From Malacoraja senta (Eukaryota), in contig JAXLNO010003758.1 in the NCBI GenBank assembly GCA_038087875.1, positions 1-64,000 of the forward strand: a stretch of DNA of 64,000 nt. Reading direction: 5' to 3'. Below, one piece after another: positions 12,455 through 22,980 of the stretch. How positions within the stretch are numbered: position 1 is the stretch's first letter; every line of letters starts with the position of its first letter. The translations under genes were made by a program, and so were the position numbers. Below the pieces are notes generated by a model. That model was not told where the DNA came from. It saw nothing but the letters and a program-made list of their open reading frames with translations, and did not search any database.

Positions 12455-14526
12455 ATTGGAAATAGCCATGGTTTTCAAGGGAAATTGGACACGGTTCAGA
12501 AAAAGAGAGAGATCTACAATAATTATAGGCAGCATGGAGTAAATGAGGTGCTTGAGGAGTATAAAGAATGTAAAAAGAATATTAAGAAATAAATTAGAAA
12601 AGCTAAAAGAAGATATGAGGTTGCTTTGGCAAGTAAGGTGAAAGTAAATCCAAAGGGTTTCTACAGCTATATTAATAGCAAAAGGATAACAAGGAATAAA
12701 ATTGGTCCATTAGAGAGTCAGAGTGGACAGCTATCTGCAGAGCCAAAAGAGATGGGGGAGATATTGAACAATTTCTTTTCTTCGGTATTCACCAAGGAGA
12801 AGGATATGGAATTATGTGAGGTAAGGGAAACAAGCGGAGTAGCAATGGAAACTGTGAGATTCAAAGAAGAGGAGGTGCGGACACTTTTGAAAAATATGAA
12901 AACGGATAAGTCTCCAGGTCCTGACAGGATATTCCCTTGGACATTGAGGGAAGTTAGTGTAGAAATAGCAGGGGCTATGACAGAAATATTTCAAATGTCA
13001 TTAGAAACGGGAATAGTGCCGGAGGATTGGCGTACTGCGCATGTTGTTCCGTTGTTTAAAAAGGGTTCGAAGAGTAAACCTAGCAATTATAGACCTGTTA
13101 GTTTGACGTCAGTGGTGGGCAAATTAATGGAAAGGATACTTAAAGATAATATATATAAGCATCTGGATAAGCAGGGTCTGATTAGGAACAGTCAACATGG
13201 ATTTGTGCCTGGAAGGTCATGTTTGACTAATCTTCTTGAATTTTTCGAAGAGGTTACTAGGGAAATTGATGAGGGTAAAGCAGTGGATGTTGTCTATATG
13301 GACTTCAGTAAGGCCTTTGACAAGGTTCCTCATGGAAGGTTAGTTAAGAAGATTCAATTGTTGGGTATTAATGGTGGAGTAGCAAGATGGATTCAACAGT
13401 GGCTGAATGGGAGATGCCAGAGAGTAATGGTGGATGGCTGTTTGTCAGGTTGGAGGCCGGTGACTAGTGGGGTGCCTCAGCGGTCTGTGTTGGGTCCACT
13501 GTTGTTTGTCATGTACATCAATGATCTGGATGATGGTGTGGAAAATTGGATTAGTAAGTATGCAGATGATACTAAGATAGGTGGTGTTGTGGATAATGAA
13601 GTAGATTTTCAAAGTCTACAGAGAGATTTAGGCCATTTGGCAGAGTGGGCTGAAAGATGGCAGATGGAGTTTAATGCTGATAAATGTGAGGTACCACATC
13701 TCGGCAGGACAAATCAAAATAGGACGTACATGGTAAATGGTAGCGAATTGAGGAATGCAGTTGAACAGAGGGATCTAGGAATAACTGTGCATAGTTCCCT
13801 GAAGGTGGAATCTCATGTACTGTAGATAGGGTGGTAAAGAAAGCTTTTGGTGTGCTGGCCTTTATAAATCAGAGCATTGAGTATAGAAGTTGGGATGTAA
13901 TGTTAAAATTGTACAAGGCATTGGTGAGGCCAATTCTGGAGTATGGAGTACAATTTTGGTCGCCTAATTATAGGAAGGATGTCAACAAAATAGAGAGAGT
14001 ACAGAGGAGATTTACTAGAATGCTGCCTGGGTTTCAGCAACTAAGTTACAGAGAAAGGTTGAACAAGTTAGGTCTTTATTCTTTGGAGCGCAGAAGGTTA
14101 AGAGGGGACTTGATAGAAGTCTTTAAAATGATGAGCGGGTTAGACAGAGTGGACGTGGATAAGCTTTTCCCATTGAGAGTAGGGAAGATTCAAACAAGGG
14201 GACATGACTTGAGAATTAAGGGACAGAAGTTTAGGGGGAACATTAGGGGGAACTTCTTTACTCAGAGAGTGGTAGCTGTGTGGAATGAGCTTCCAGTGGA
14301 AGTGGTGGAGGCAGGTTCGATTTTATCCTTTAAAAATAGATTGGATGGGTATATGGATGGGAAAGGAATGGAGGGTTATGGTCTGAGTGCAGGTACTGTA
14401 GATGGGACTAGGGGAAAGTAAGAAGCAAGAAGGGGGGGAAAAAAAGAAGGAAAAAAAAGTGTTGGGCACGGATTTGAAGGGCCGAGATGGCCTGTTTCCG
14501 TGCTGTAATGGTTATATGGTTATTAT
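12455..14526 (+). mobile_element. CR1 LINE, 5'-truncated; ORF2 split by a 5-bp insertion
   Basis: ORFs 12626-13825 (YADD) and 13831-14421; tail (ATGGTTAT)n; near-identical to the reverse complement of 6688-8720. Confidence 0.95.
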
Positions 14527-14879
14527 ATATGGTTTCAATCTCCACACTGTGCATGGGCACAATAGGTGTGACTGCGCACAGCAGCTGATCTGCAGGGAGG
14601 TGTTTGGGGTGGTAGAGAGCTGCAGGAATTAGACAAAGCAGTGGATAGAATGGAGGCAGTTCAAGACGAGATGCTTCCTCCGTCAACACCCCACCCCCCA
14701 CCATTATCTCCTTCCACATAAATTCTCACTGTCTTTTTCCTTGTGCAGCAGCACTCTGGCTGATAGGAGGAGAATGAATGAGCAAAATAATTAATTGGCT
14801 TCCTCCTACATTGTTCGACAAAGGCTTCCACTTCAGTTCTATCATTAGCTTTAAATGGACAACAAAATCTCATACTAAC

Positions 14880-15188
14880 CTTGAGGCTTCTGGAACTCCG
14901 TTCTCACCATGTTGTCCAGCTTGTATCCTGCCTTGCAGTAGTAGACGTTTTTCTTGTTCCAATCTGCCACAGGGACTCGCAGCAAGCTGCTCATTGTGTA
15001 CATGTTGTTTTGTCCCAACACAGGTGGGTACTTTGTGATTCCAGTGGTGATGTCCCCACTGCTGGTGGACCATGTCTGACTGATGATCTCAGGCTGGTAG
15101 TCCTTGACCAGACAGAGGATGCTGATCTCTTGGACAGATTCTGTGTTGCAGGAAGAGGTGATGTGGACTGAAGGCAAGGTCTTAATCT
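14880..15188 (-). CDS. IgW: IgW (IgX) heavy-chain CH1 exon, intact
   Basis: Acceptor TTTTCAG|AG and donor CAAG|GTTAGT; 309 nt, phase 1-1, no stops. Translation IKTLPSVHITSSC...ISILCLVKDYQPEIISQTWSTSSG...YPPVL...YTMSSLLRVPVADWNKKNVYYCKAGY matches the elasmobranch IgW CH1 pattern, including the extra N-terminal Cys for light-chain linkage. Confidence 0.92.
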
Positions 15189-16015
15189 CTGAAAAGTAAA
15201 TAAATTAACAATTGGTTCTGTAGTAAATGGATTATTACCAGCGCATGCAACAGGTTCATGCTGATTGCTGAGTAAATGCAGGTGATTCAGGCTGAGAGAA
15301 GGCCAGGCAGAACAGAGAATTGGTTCCTTTCCCCAATCCCTTTCACACCGTGCATGACCAAGCAGTGAAATGCTGATCTCACACTGGCGAAGCAACTTCT
15401 GCCAACCAGAGGGACAAACCGGCCTGTGCTCTGGGTGATGTATCCCAGGTCAGGAAGCACATGGTACGATGCCAGATGGACCATATCCACACGCACCGGG
15501 CCAAATGGTGCTGGATCTGGCCTGTTGTGGACCTTCCTCAATGCTGGGGCCCGGGGAGTGTTGTATAACTAAGGGATCTTGGAGTACAGGTACACAGATC
15601 CCAGGAAGCGTTGTCACAGGTAAATAGGTTGGTAAAAAAAGCTCTTCATGAGTCAGGGAATTGAGATACAGTAATCCCTCATTTTAACAGACCCCATTAT
15701 AACAGATTTTGGATATAGCAGACGGACCTGCCAATACCACCCTTGCACGTATGGCTCCTGACCGCTTAGAGCCCCGGCTTCCAACTCCACCTCCGACTCG
15801 CAAGTGAGCCCTTCTTCACCCACCACCATATGGTCCATGATGCTGGTGTTGTTGCGGCTCACGGAGCCCCCGGGATGAGCACTTTCTTCAAGCTGCCATC
15901 CTCGACAGGACGTGCTTGGTCACCATGAGGCTCCCTCCCCTCCCACCTGCTGCTGTCCACTCCCTGTTCCACCGCCATCTCCTCCTCCTTCTCCCTGGAG
16001 TCACCAACATACTGC

Positions 16016-16146
16016 ACCTTGGAAGCAGCAGCTGGTGAGAGGAGAGGGTGCCGCATGGTGAGCGTGCACCCTGTCAGTGGCAGCGACCTGAAGAAAGCAC
16101 TGCCAGCCAGAGGCTACAATGTGAGCCACAACCACAGCCATGTCAC
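16016..16146 (+). pseudogene. Histone H1/protamine-like globular-domain fragment (decayed)
   Basis: Open frame TLEAAAGERRG...LKKALPARGYNVSHNHSHV resembles the H1 motif EAVAASKERSG..LKKALAAGGYDVEKNNSRV; cut off by a CR1 tail at 16146. Confidence 0.45.
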
Positions 16147-16930
16147 ATAGAAACATAGAAACATAGAAAATAGGTGCAGGAGTAGGCCATTCGGCCCTTC
16201 GAGCCTGCACCGCCATTCAATATGATCATGGCTGATCATCCCACTCAGTATCCTGTACCTGCTTTCTCTCCATACCCCATGATCCCTTTAGCCACAAGGG
16301 CCACAAACACCCTCTTAAATATAGCCAATGAACTGGCCTCAACTACATTCTGTGGCAGAGAATTCCACAGATTCACCACTCTTTGTGTAAATTCTTTTTT
16401 TCTCATCTCAGTCCTAAAAGATTTCCCCTTTATCCTTAAACTGTGACCCCTTGTTCTGGACTCCCCCAACATCGGGAACAATCTTCCTGCATCTAGCCTG
16501 TCCAACCCCTTAAGAATTTTGTAAGCTTCTATAAGATCCCCCCTCAGTCTTCTAAATTCCAGCGAGTACAAGCCGAGTCTATCCAGTCTTTCCTCATATG
16601 AAAGTCCTGACATCCCAGGAATCAGTCTGGTGAACCTTCTCTGTACTCCCTCTATGGCAGATTGGGAGACCAAAACTGTACGCAATACTCCAGGTGTGGT
16701 CTCACCAAGACCCTGTACAACTGCAGTAGAACCTCCCTGCTCCTATACTCAAATCCCTTTGCTATGAATGCTAACATACCATTCGCTTTCTTCACTCCCT
16801 GCTGCACCTGCATGCCCACTTTCAATGACTGGTGCACCATGACACCCAGGTCTCGTTGCATCTCCCCTTTTCCTAATCGGCCACCATTCAGGTAATAGTC
16901 TACTTTCCTGTTTTTGCCACCAAAGTGACT
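16146..16930 (-). mobile_element. CR1 LINE 3' portion
   Basis: ORFs 16245-16685 and 16652-16993; (ATAGAAAC)n tail at 16146-16170. Confidence 0.9.
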
Positions 16931-16984
16931 GTCAAAGCTGCCACAGCCAGATATAAAAACAGTTTTTTTTCCACGAGTAGTGGC

Positions 16985-17197
16985 TCTACTCAATAACCAA
17001 AAATCTGTACCCTCCTTTTGCTCTGGTATTATAATTAATTCACATGTTTAATCAATGTTTTATTATTAATATTTACTATTTTACATGTCATTCCTAACTG
17101 TCACTGTATGTCGTTGTCACTTGCGGGCGGAGCACCAAGGCAAATTCATTGTATGTGAATACTTGGCCAATAAACTTATTCATCCATTCATTCATTA
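16985..17197 (+). mobile_element. SINE/L2-type 3' end
   Basis: GGCCAATAAAC followed by a (CATT)n tail. Confidence 0.5.
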
Positions 17198-17768
17198 CAA
17201 CACGGCTGTACTGTGAACATGCCTCGCTGCCTGTGAAAGGTGCGGGGACACCATGAAAGGTGCTCTGTGAATGACCACTGAGATTCACTGAGACACCAGC
17301 AGCCCTGGTTAAAGGAGCAAAGCACATGTTGGACAAACCCAGAAATTAGAGCCATTCCTCTGTCTGTGAACTGAGAAAAAGCAGTTCTTTTGTGCAGCAA
17401 AACTCACATCAAAAACACCAAGTAACTGGACTCAGAATCTAATCTACGACCATCAGTGAATTCACAATGAAGAATAAATGGTATTGACTTACTAAGGATC
17501 TCTAAATGTTGAAATTCAATACAAGATGCAAAGAAAACCTGGTGTACTAAACCCCACATCCAGAACCATGTACAACATTCTCTCATTATGTTCAAATCAT
17601 TCATTGTTGTGAACCTTTGTTTTTGAACCAAACAGCATCAATTTGTTTTACAATCTAGAGAACCTTCTGTGTTCTGAAACAAGGAGTGTTTGACAGAGCA
17701 ATGTAGAGGGAGCTTGACTATGTGTCAAACACTCTGTCCCTGCACTGGGAGTATGTAACAGTGTAAAG

Positions 17769-17882
17769 GGAACTTCACTCAGTGACTAACCTGTAACCTG
17801 GGTGTGTGTGGGGACAGGTTGGAGGGAACTTCACTCAGTGACTAACCTGTAACCTGGGTGTGTGTGGGGACAGGTTGGAGGG
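17769..17882. repeat. ~56-bp direct tandem duplication
   Basis: GGGAACTTCACTCAGTGACTAACCTGTAACCTGGGTGTGTGTGGGGACAGGTTGGA occurs twice. Confidence 0.85.
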
Positions 17883-18074
17883 AGCCTCACTCCTTTTCTA
17901 ACCTGTGCTGTCCCTTCCCTGGGAGCGTTGGGATAGGACAGATGGAATGTTGTATCTAATCTGTAGCTGACAGCACAGTGACACGGGGAGATATATTCTG
18001 CATTTGACTCGTGCTTTGTCTGACCTGGATATGTTTGATGGGATCTCTTTGCGGGAGCAGGTATTGGAGACATT

Positions 18075-19358
18075 GAGTCATAGAGTGATACAGTGTGGAA
18101 ACAGGTCCTTCGGCCCAACTCGTCCACACCGGCCAACAATATCCTAGCTACACTAGTCCCACTTGCCTGCGCTTGGTCCATAACCATCCAAACCCGTCCT
18201 ACCCATGTACCTGTCCAACTGGTTCATAAAACGATGGGATAGTCCCAACCTCAACTACCTCCTCTGGCAGCTTGTTCCATACGCCCACCACCCTTTGTGT
18301 GCAAAAGTTACCTCTCGGATTCCTATTAAATCTTTTCCCCTTCACCTTGAACCTATGTCCTCGATTCCCCTACTCTGGGTAAAAGAATCCGTGCATCTAA
18401 TGATTTTGTATACCTCTATAAGATCTCCCCTCATCCTCATGCGCCATGGAACAGAGACCCAGCCTACTCAACCTCTCCCTACAGCTCACACCCTCTAGTC
18501 CTGGCAACATCCTCGTAAAACTTTTCAGAACCCTTTCAAGCTTGACAATATATTTCCTATAACATGGTGCCCAGAACTGAACACAATATTCTAAATGCGG
18601 TCTCACCAATGTCTTAGACAATAGACAATAGTTGCAGGAGTACGCCCTTCAGCCCTTCGAGCCAGCACCGCCATTCAATGTGATCATGGCTGATCATCCC
18701 CAATCAGTACCCCGTTCCTGTCTTCTCCCCATATTCCCTGACTCCGCTATTTTTAAGAGCCCTATCTAGCTCTCTTGAAAGCATCCAGAGAACCTGCCTC
18801 CACCGCCCTCTGAGGCAGAGAATTCCACAGACTCACAACTCTGTGAGAAAAAGTGTTTCCTCGTCTCCGTTCTAAATGGCTTACTCCTTATTCTTAAACT
18901 GTGGCCCCTGGTTCTGGACTCCCGCAACATGTTTCCTGCCTCTAGCGTGTCCAAACCCTTAATGATCTTATATGTTTCAATGAGATCTCCTCTCATCCTT
19001 CTAAACTCCAGAGTGTACAAGCCCAGCTGCACCATTCTCAGCATATGACAGTCCTGCCATCCCGGGAATTAAACCTACACTGCATTCCCTCAATAGCAAG
19101 AATGTCCTTCCTCAAATTAGGGGACCAAAACTGCACACAATACTCCAGGTGTGGTCTCACTAGGGCTCTGTACAACTGCAGAAGGACCTCTTTGCTCCTA
19201 TATTCGATTCCTCTTGTTATAAAGGCCAACATGCCATTCGCTTTCTTCACTGCCTGCTGTACCTGCATGCTTACTTTCATAGACTGATGAACAAGGACCC
19301 CCAGATCCCGTTGTACTTCCCCTTTTCCCAACTTGACACCATTTAGATAGTAATCTGA
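18075..19358 (-). mobile_element. Two adjacent CR1 3' fragments
   Basis: ORFs 18397-18621, 18766-19044 and 19038-19427 with [13 protein letters not shown] motifs and separate 3' tails. Confidence 0.85.
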
Positions 19359-19729
19359 TACAACTGCAACTGGATTTACAAAATAAATAATAGATTCATT
19401 GAATCTCAGAGCACAGAACGGGGCCATTCATCTGATTGTGTCCGTACTTGTCCTTTAGCCGAGTTGGATGAATAATAGTGTGGTATTAGTGGGCGATTTA
19501 AACTTCCCTCATATTGACTGGGTATCCCACAATATTAAGTGCTAGGATGAGATAGAATTTGTTACCCGCATCTCAGAAAGATTCCTTAATCAACTCAAAG
19601 AGGGTTCTGCTGGAACCGCTATAGAGAATACAACACTAAACCTCCAATTCAGATATGAGGCAAGGGATGAGATGTCAGTGTGGAAGCATTTTTAGACCAG
19701 TGACCATAGTTCTTCCAGTTTTAAACACA

Positions 19730-19965
19730 AAAAGCTAGAGTGCCTCTACAGGTCAGACAGCATCTCTGGAGAAAAGGAATAGATGGTGTTTCAGGTCAAG
19801 ACTTCTTCAGCCTGAGAGTCCTTTCCCCTGACTCTCAATCTGAAGGGTCTCGACCCTAAATGTCACAGTTTCCCTCTCTCCAGAGATGCTGTTTGACCCG
19901 CTGAGTTATTCCAGCTTTTTGTATCTATCTTCAGTTTAAACCAGCATCTGCAGTTACGTCCTACA
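19730..19965. mobile_element. Head-to-head pair of decayed Penelope-type short elements
   Basis: Minus-strand copy (GTTTCAGGTCAAGACTTCTTCAG) followed by a plus-strand copy (CTGAAGGGTCTCGACCCTAAATGTC...). Confidence 0.55.
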
Positions 19966-19969
19966 CCTC

Positions 19970-22260
19970 TACTAGTTTTAAAGTAGTTATCGAGAAGCAT
20001 GAAACTGGCCCACAAATGAAGATCCTAACTGAGTTAAGGCTGATTTTGGAAGCATTGGTCTGGAACTTGCAGAGTTTGTTTGGGAGAGTCTATTAGTGGT
20101 TAGGGGATGGCTGACATGTGGGAGGCTTTCAAAAGTGGGATAGCCAGAGTGCAGGGGCAGCTTATTAATGTTAGGGTGAAGGGCAAGTCTGGCACGTTCA
20201 TGGAATCCTGGTTTTTGAGTGATGTTGAGTCTCTGGTCAGATAAAAGCAGGAGACATACCTCAGATTAAGGCTGTCGCGCTCAAGCGAATGCCTCAGTGG
20301 GTATAAGAAGCGTAGGAACACACTAAAGAATGCACTTGGGCAATAAAGAGGCCATGAAATGGTTCTGACAGGCAAGGTCAAGGAAAACCCTAAGAGGGAC
20401 TCTATAGTCAAATAACGATAAAGTAGTTTGGGGAAGAATAGGTCCCCTTAAAATTCAGATCAGCATGGCCACCTTCGTGTAGACGCAAGAGATGGGCGAG
20501 ATATTAAATGAATATTTCCTATCCGCAGTAACTAATGAGAAGATCATGGAAGCTAATGAGTTGAATCATAGGAGTTGTGATGTCTTAGATCATAACCAAA
20601 TGACCAAGGAGGAGCTAATGGCAGCGTTCAAGTGCATTACGGTGGATAAATCCCCAGTGCCTTACAACTGCATCCTCTGATCTTGTGGGAAGCTCAGGAA
20701 AATAATTTACTTTCCGTCAGAGGTATTTACATCATCTTCCGCTGCAGATTAATCTCCAAATGACTGGAGGGTGGCTGATACTGAAGTGTAATTGAAGAAG
20801 GACATTAGGGCCAAGCCAGGGATCTGCACCAGTGAGCCTGACGTCATTGGTGGGAATGTCCTTCATGACAGCAACTACCAGTATTTGGACAGGCACGGAC
20901 TGATTAGGGATAGTCCTAAATTTACACGAAGATCTAGATCACTTGGTAGGGTGGGCCAAGGATTAGGGACTGCATGGCTTGTGTTTGGGAAATCGTGCCT
21001 CATGAACCTGATAGGTCTGGCATGGTGGGCTGGCGTGGAAGGTTAGATCATATGAAACCCAACATGAGCTAAATTAGCTTGGAGAAAGTGGACTGCTGCA
21101 GGGGTCAGTGCTGAGACCACTGTTGTTTGTTATCTACATTAAAATTTCTTGGCACTCACATAAGCAATAACCTCAAATGGAAAATCAATTCAGATCACAT
21201 TTATAAAAAAGCCAATCAAAGACTTTTCTTTCTCCGTCAGCTCAAGAAGTTCAGTGAGGAAACATCTCCTAATCCGATTTTACACAGCCATCATCTTCAT
21301 CACTTCATGCTCACTTCATCAATAACAGTTTGGTACAGCAGCTTAGACACTCACTCCCGTAATAAACTACAGCGCATTGTCAACAAAGCATCCAAAATCA
21401 TCAGCACCCCCTCCCATCAATAGATTCACTCAATCTCAAACGGTCTGTGTCAAGGGTGAAGAAAATAATTTCAGATCCCTCCCACCCAGCTCACCACATC
21501 TTCCACCTGCTGCCGTCAGGAAGGCGCTACAGCTCACTGCCCGCCAAAACATCACGATTTAAAAACAGTTTCTACCCATATGCAATTCGAACTCTGAACA
21601 CTCTATGACAACATCACATAGCCACCTTGTGCATGTACTGTATACTGTATGTTGTTGTGTTTTATGTTATGTTTGACGGGAATCAGCCTATTATGTAACA
21701 TCCTGTACTGAACATGAATTCCACCAGCTTGACTGTGTGGTCATTAAATAATCTGAATCTGAATCTGATTAACAGTTTGCCATACAATATAGTGGACATT
21801 GATAGTAAGTTTGCAGATGACACCAAAATCAGTGGACAGTGAGGAAGGATAAGTTTACCAAAAGATCTAGATCAGCTGGGAAGGTGAGCCAAGGAATGCC
21901 AAATGGAATTTAATTCTGACTTGTGAGGGGGTGTTGAACTTTGGTCGATCAAACCAGGGCTGGACTTACACATTAAATGGTAGAGCCCGGAGAGTGTTGT
22001 AGAACAGACAGATGTGGAAATGCAGGGGCATGGTTCGCTGAGAGTGGCGAGTTAGGTGGACAGGGAGCTGGGGTGGCTTTTGGCAGACTGCCTTCAATAG
22101 GCAGTGTCTGGAATGAGTTGCCAGAGGAAACTATAAAAGTAGATAGAATTCTTATTATCAAACAAATCCGATATATGGATGAGAAGGATATGTGGCCAAA
22201 GGGACGAGCCCAGAAAACCAGCTTGGTCGGCATGCACAAGAGAGATGATGGCGAGACTCA
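19970..22260 (+). mobile_element. Old degraded CR1 with a nested Rex/Babar 3' end (~21135-21770)
   Basis: Degenerate CR1 motifs (MGEILNEYF, VDKSP, GKSCLMNL, FADD-coding DNA). The nested insert encodes KFLGTHISNNLKW...RLFFLRQLKK and ends in (CTGAAT)n. Confidence 0.7.
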
Positions 22261-22469
22261 GGGAAAGAACAGCCTGTGGGGCAGTTCAACGCGGTGGGAA
22301 ATGTACTGTTGCTGGGTAGATTCTAACTCTGCAGAAACCCGCCAGTCTCCGGGAAATCCGTGCAATTGTTCCAAATATCTCACCGAGTTCAGGTCAATTA
22401 CAGAATTTCCAAAGACCATAAATTAATGAAACACAACTGGGTAAAATGGAATTGAGGAATTGGTCTTAC

Positions 22470-22947
22470 CTGAAGTCACTGTCAGCGAGGTTCCTGCACC
22501 CCAGTTGTCATCTCGCACAGTAATAGGTGGCCGTTGTCGTCCAGTCTCAGGCCGTTCATTTGGAGATAGACATTGCTGATGTCCTTGGAAACCTCGAATC
22601 GGCCGCTGAAGACAGGCGCGTAATTTTTGTCACCATTATACCTCATCCTCGCCACCCACTCCAGCCCTTTCCCGGAGACCTGTTTCACCCAGTGTAGCTG
22701 CTGAGGCTGAACCCGCTGGTTGCACAGGTCAGTTTGAGGGACCCTCCAGACTTTGCCACCCCGGTCGGGGTCTGATTCAGCACGACCGCGGATCGAACGC
22801 CTGCCAATAAAAGAGAAACAATGTTGAATAAAAAGTTGAAGAGGCAGAGGGTGAAAGAGTGTCCAAGAAGTAGCTCGGCCCCGAGTGGGGGTGACGCCCA
22901 CCTGGCAGACAGGACAGAAGGAGACAGAGATAAGCAGCGACCCCCAT
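22470..22947 (-). pseudogene. IgW: Germline-joined IgW VH-JH gene (leader exon 22902-22947, intron 22801-22901, V-J exon 22470-22800), frameshifted
   Basis: Leader MGVAAYLCLLLSCLP|G with GT-AG intron. V reads GVRSAVVLNQTPTGVAKSGGSLKLTCATSGFSLSS..HWVKQVSGKGLEWVARMRYNGDKNYAPVFSGRFEVSKDISNVYLQMNGLRLDD..TATYYCAR, directly followed by T-GAC AAC TGG GGT GCA GGA ACC TCG CTG ACA GTG ACT TCA G|GTAAG (DNWGAGTSLTVTS). No heptamer or nonamer lies between V and J. Frameshifts in CDR1, FR3 and the junction. Confidence 0.93.
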
Positions 22948-22980
22948 CACTCTGAGCACTGACACACACTTGGACACTCC

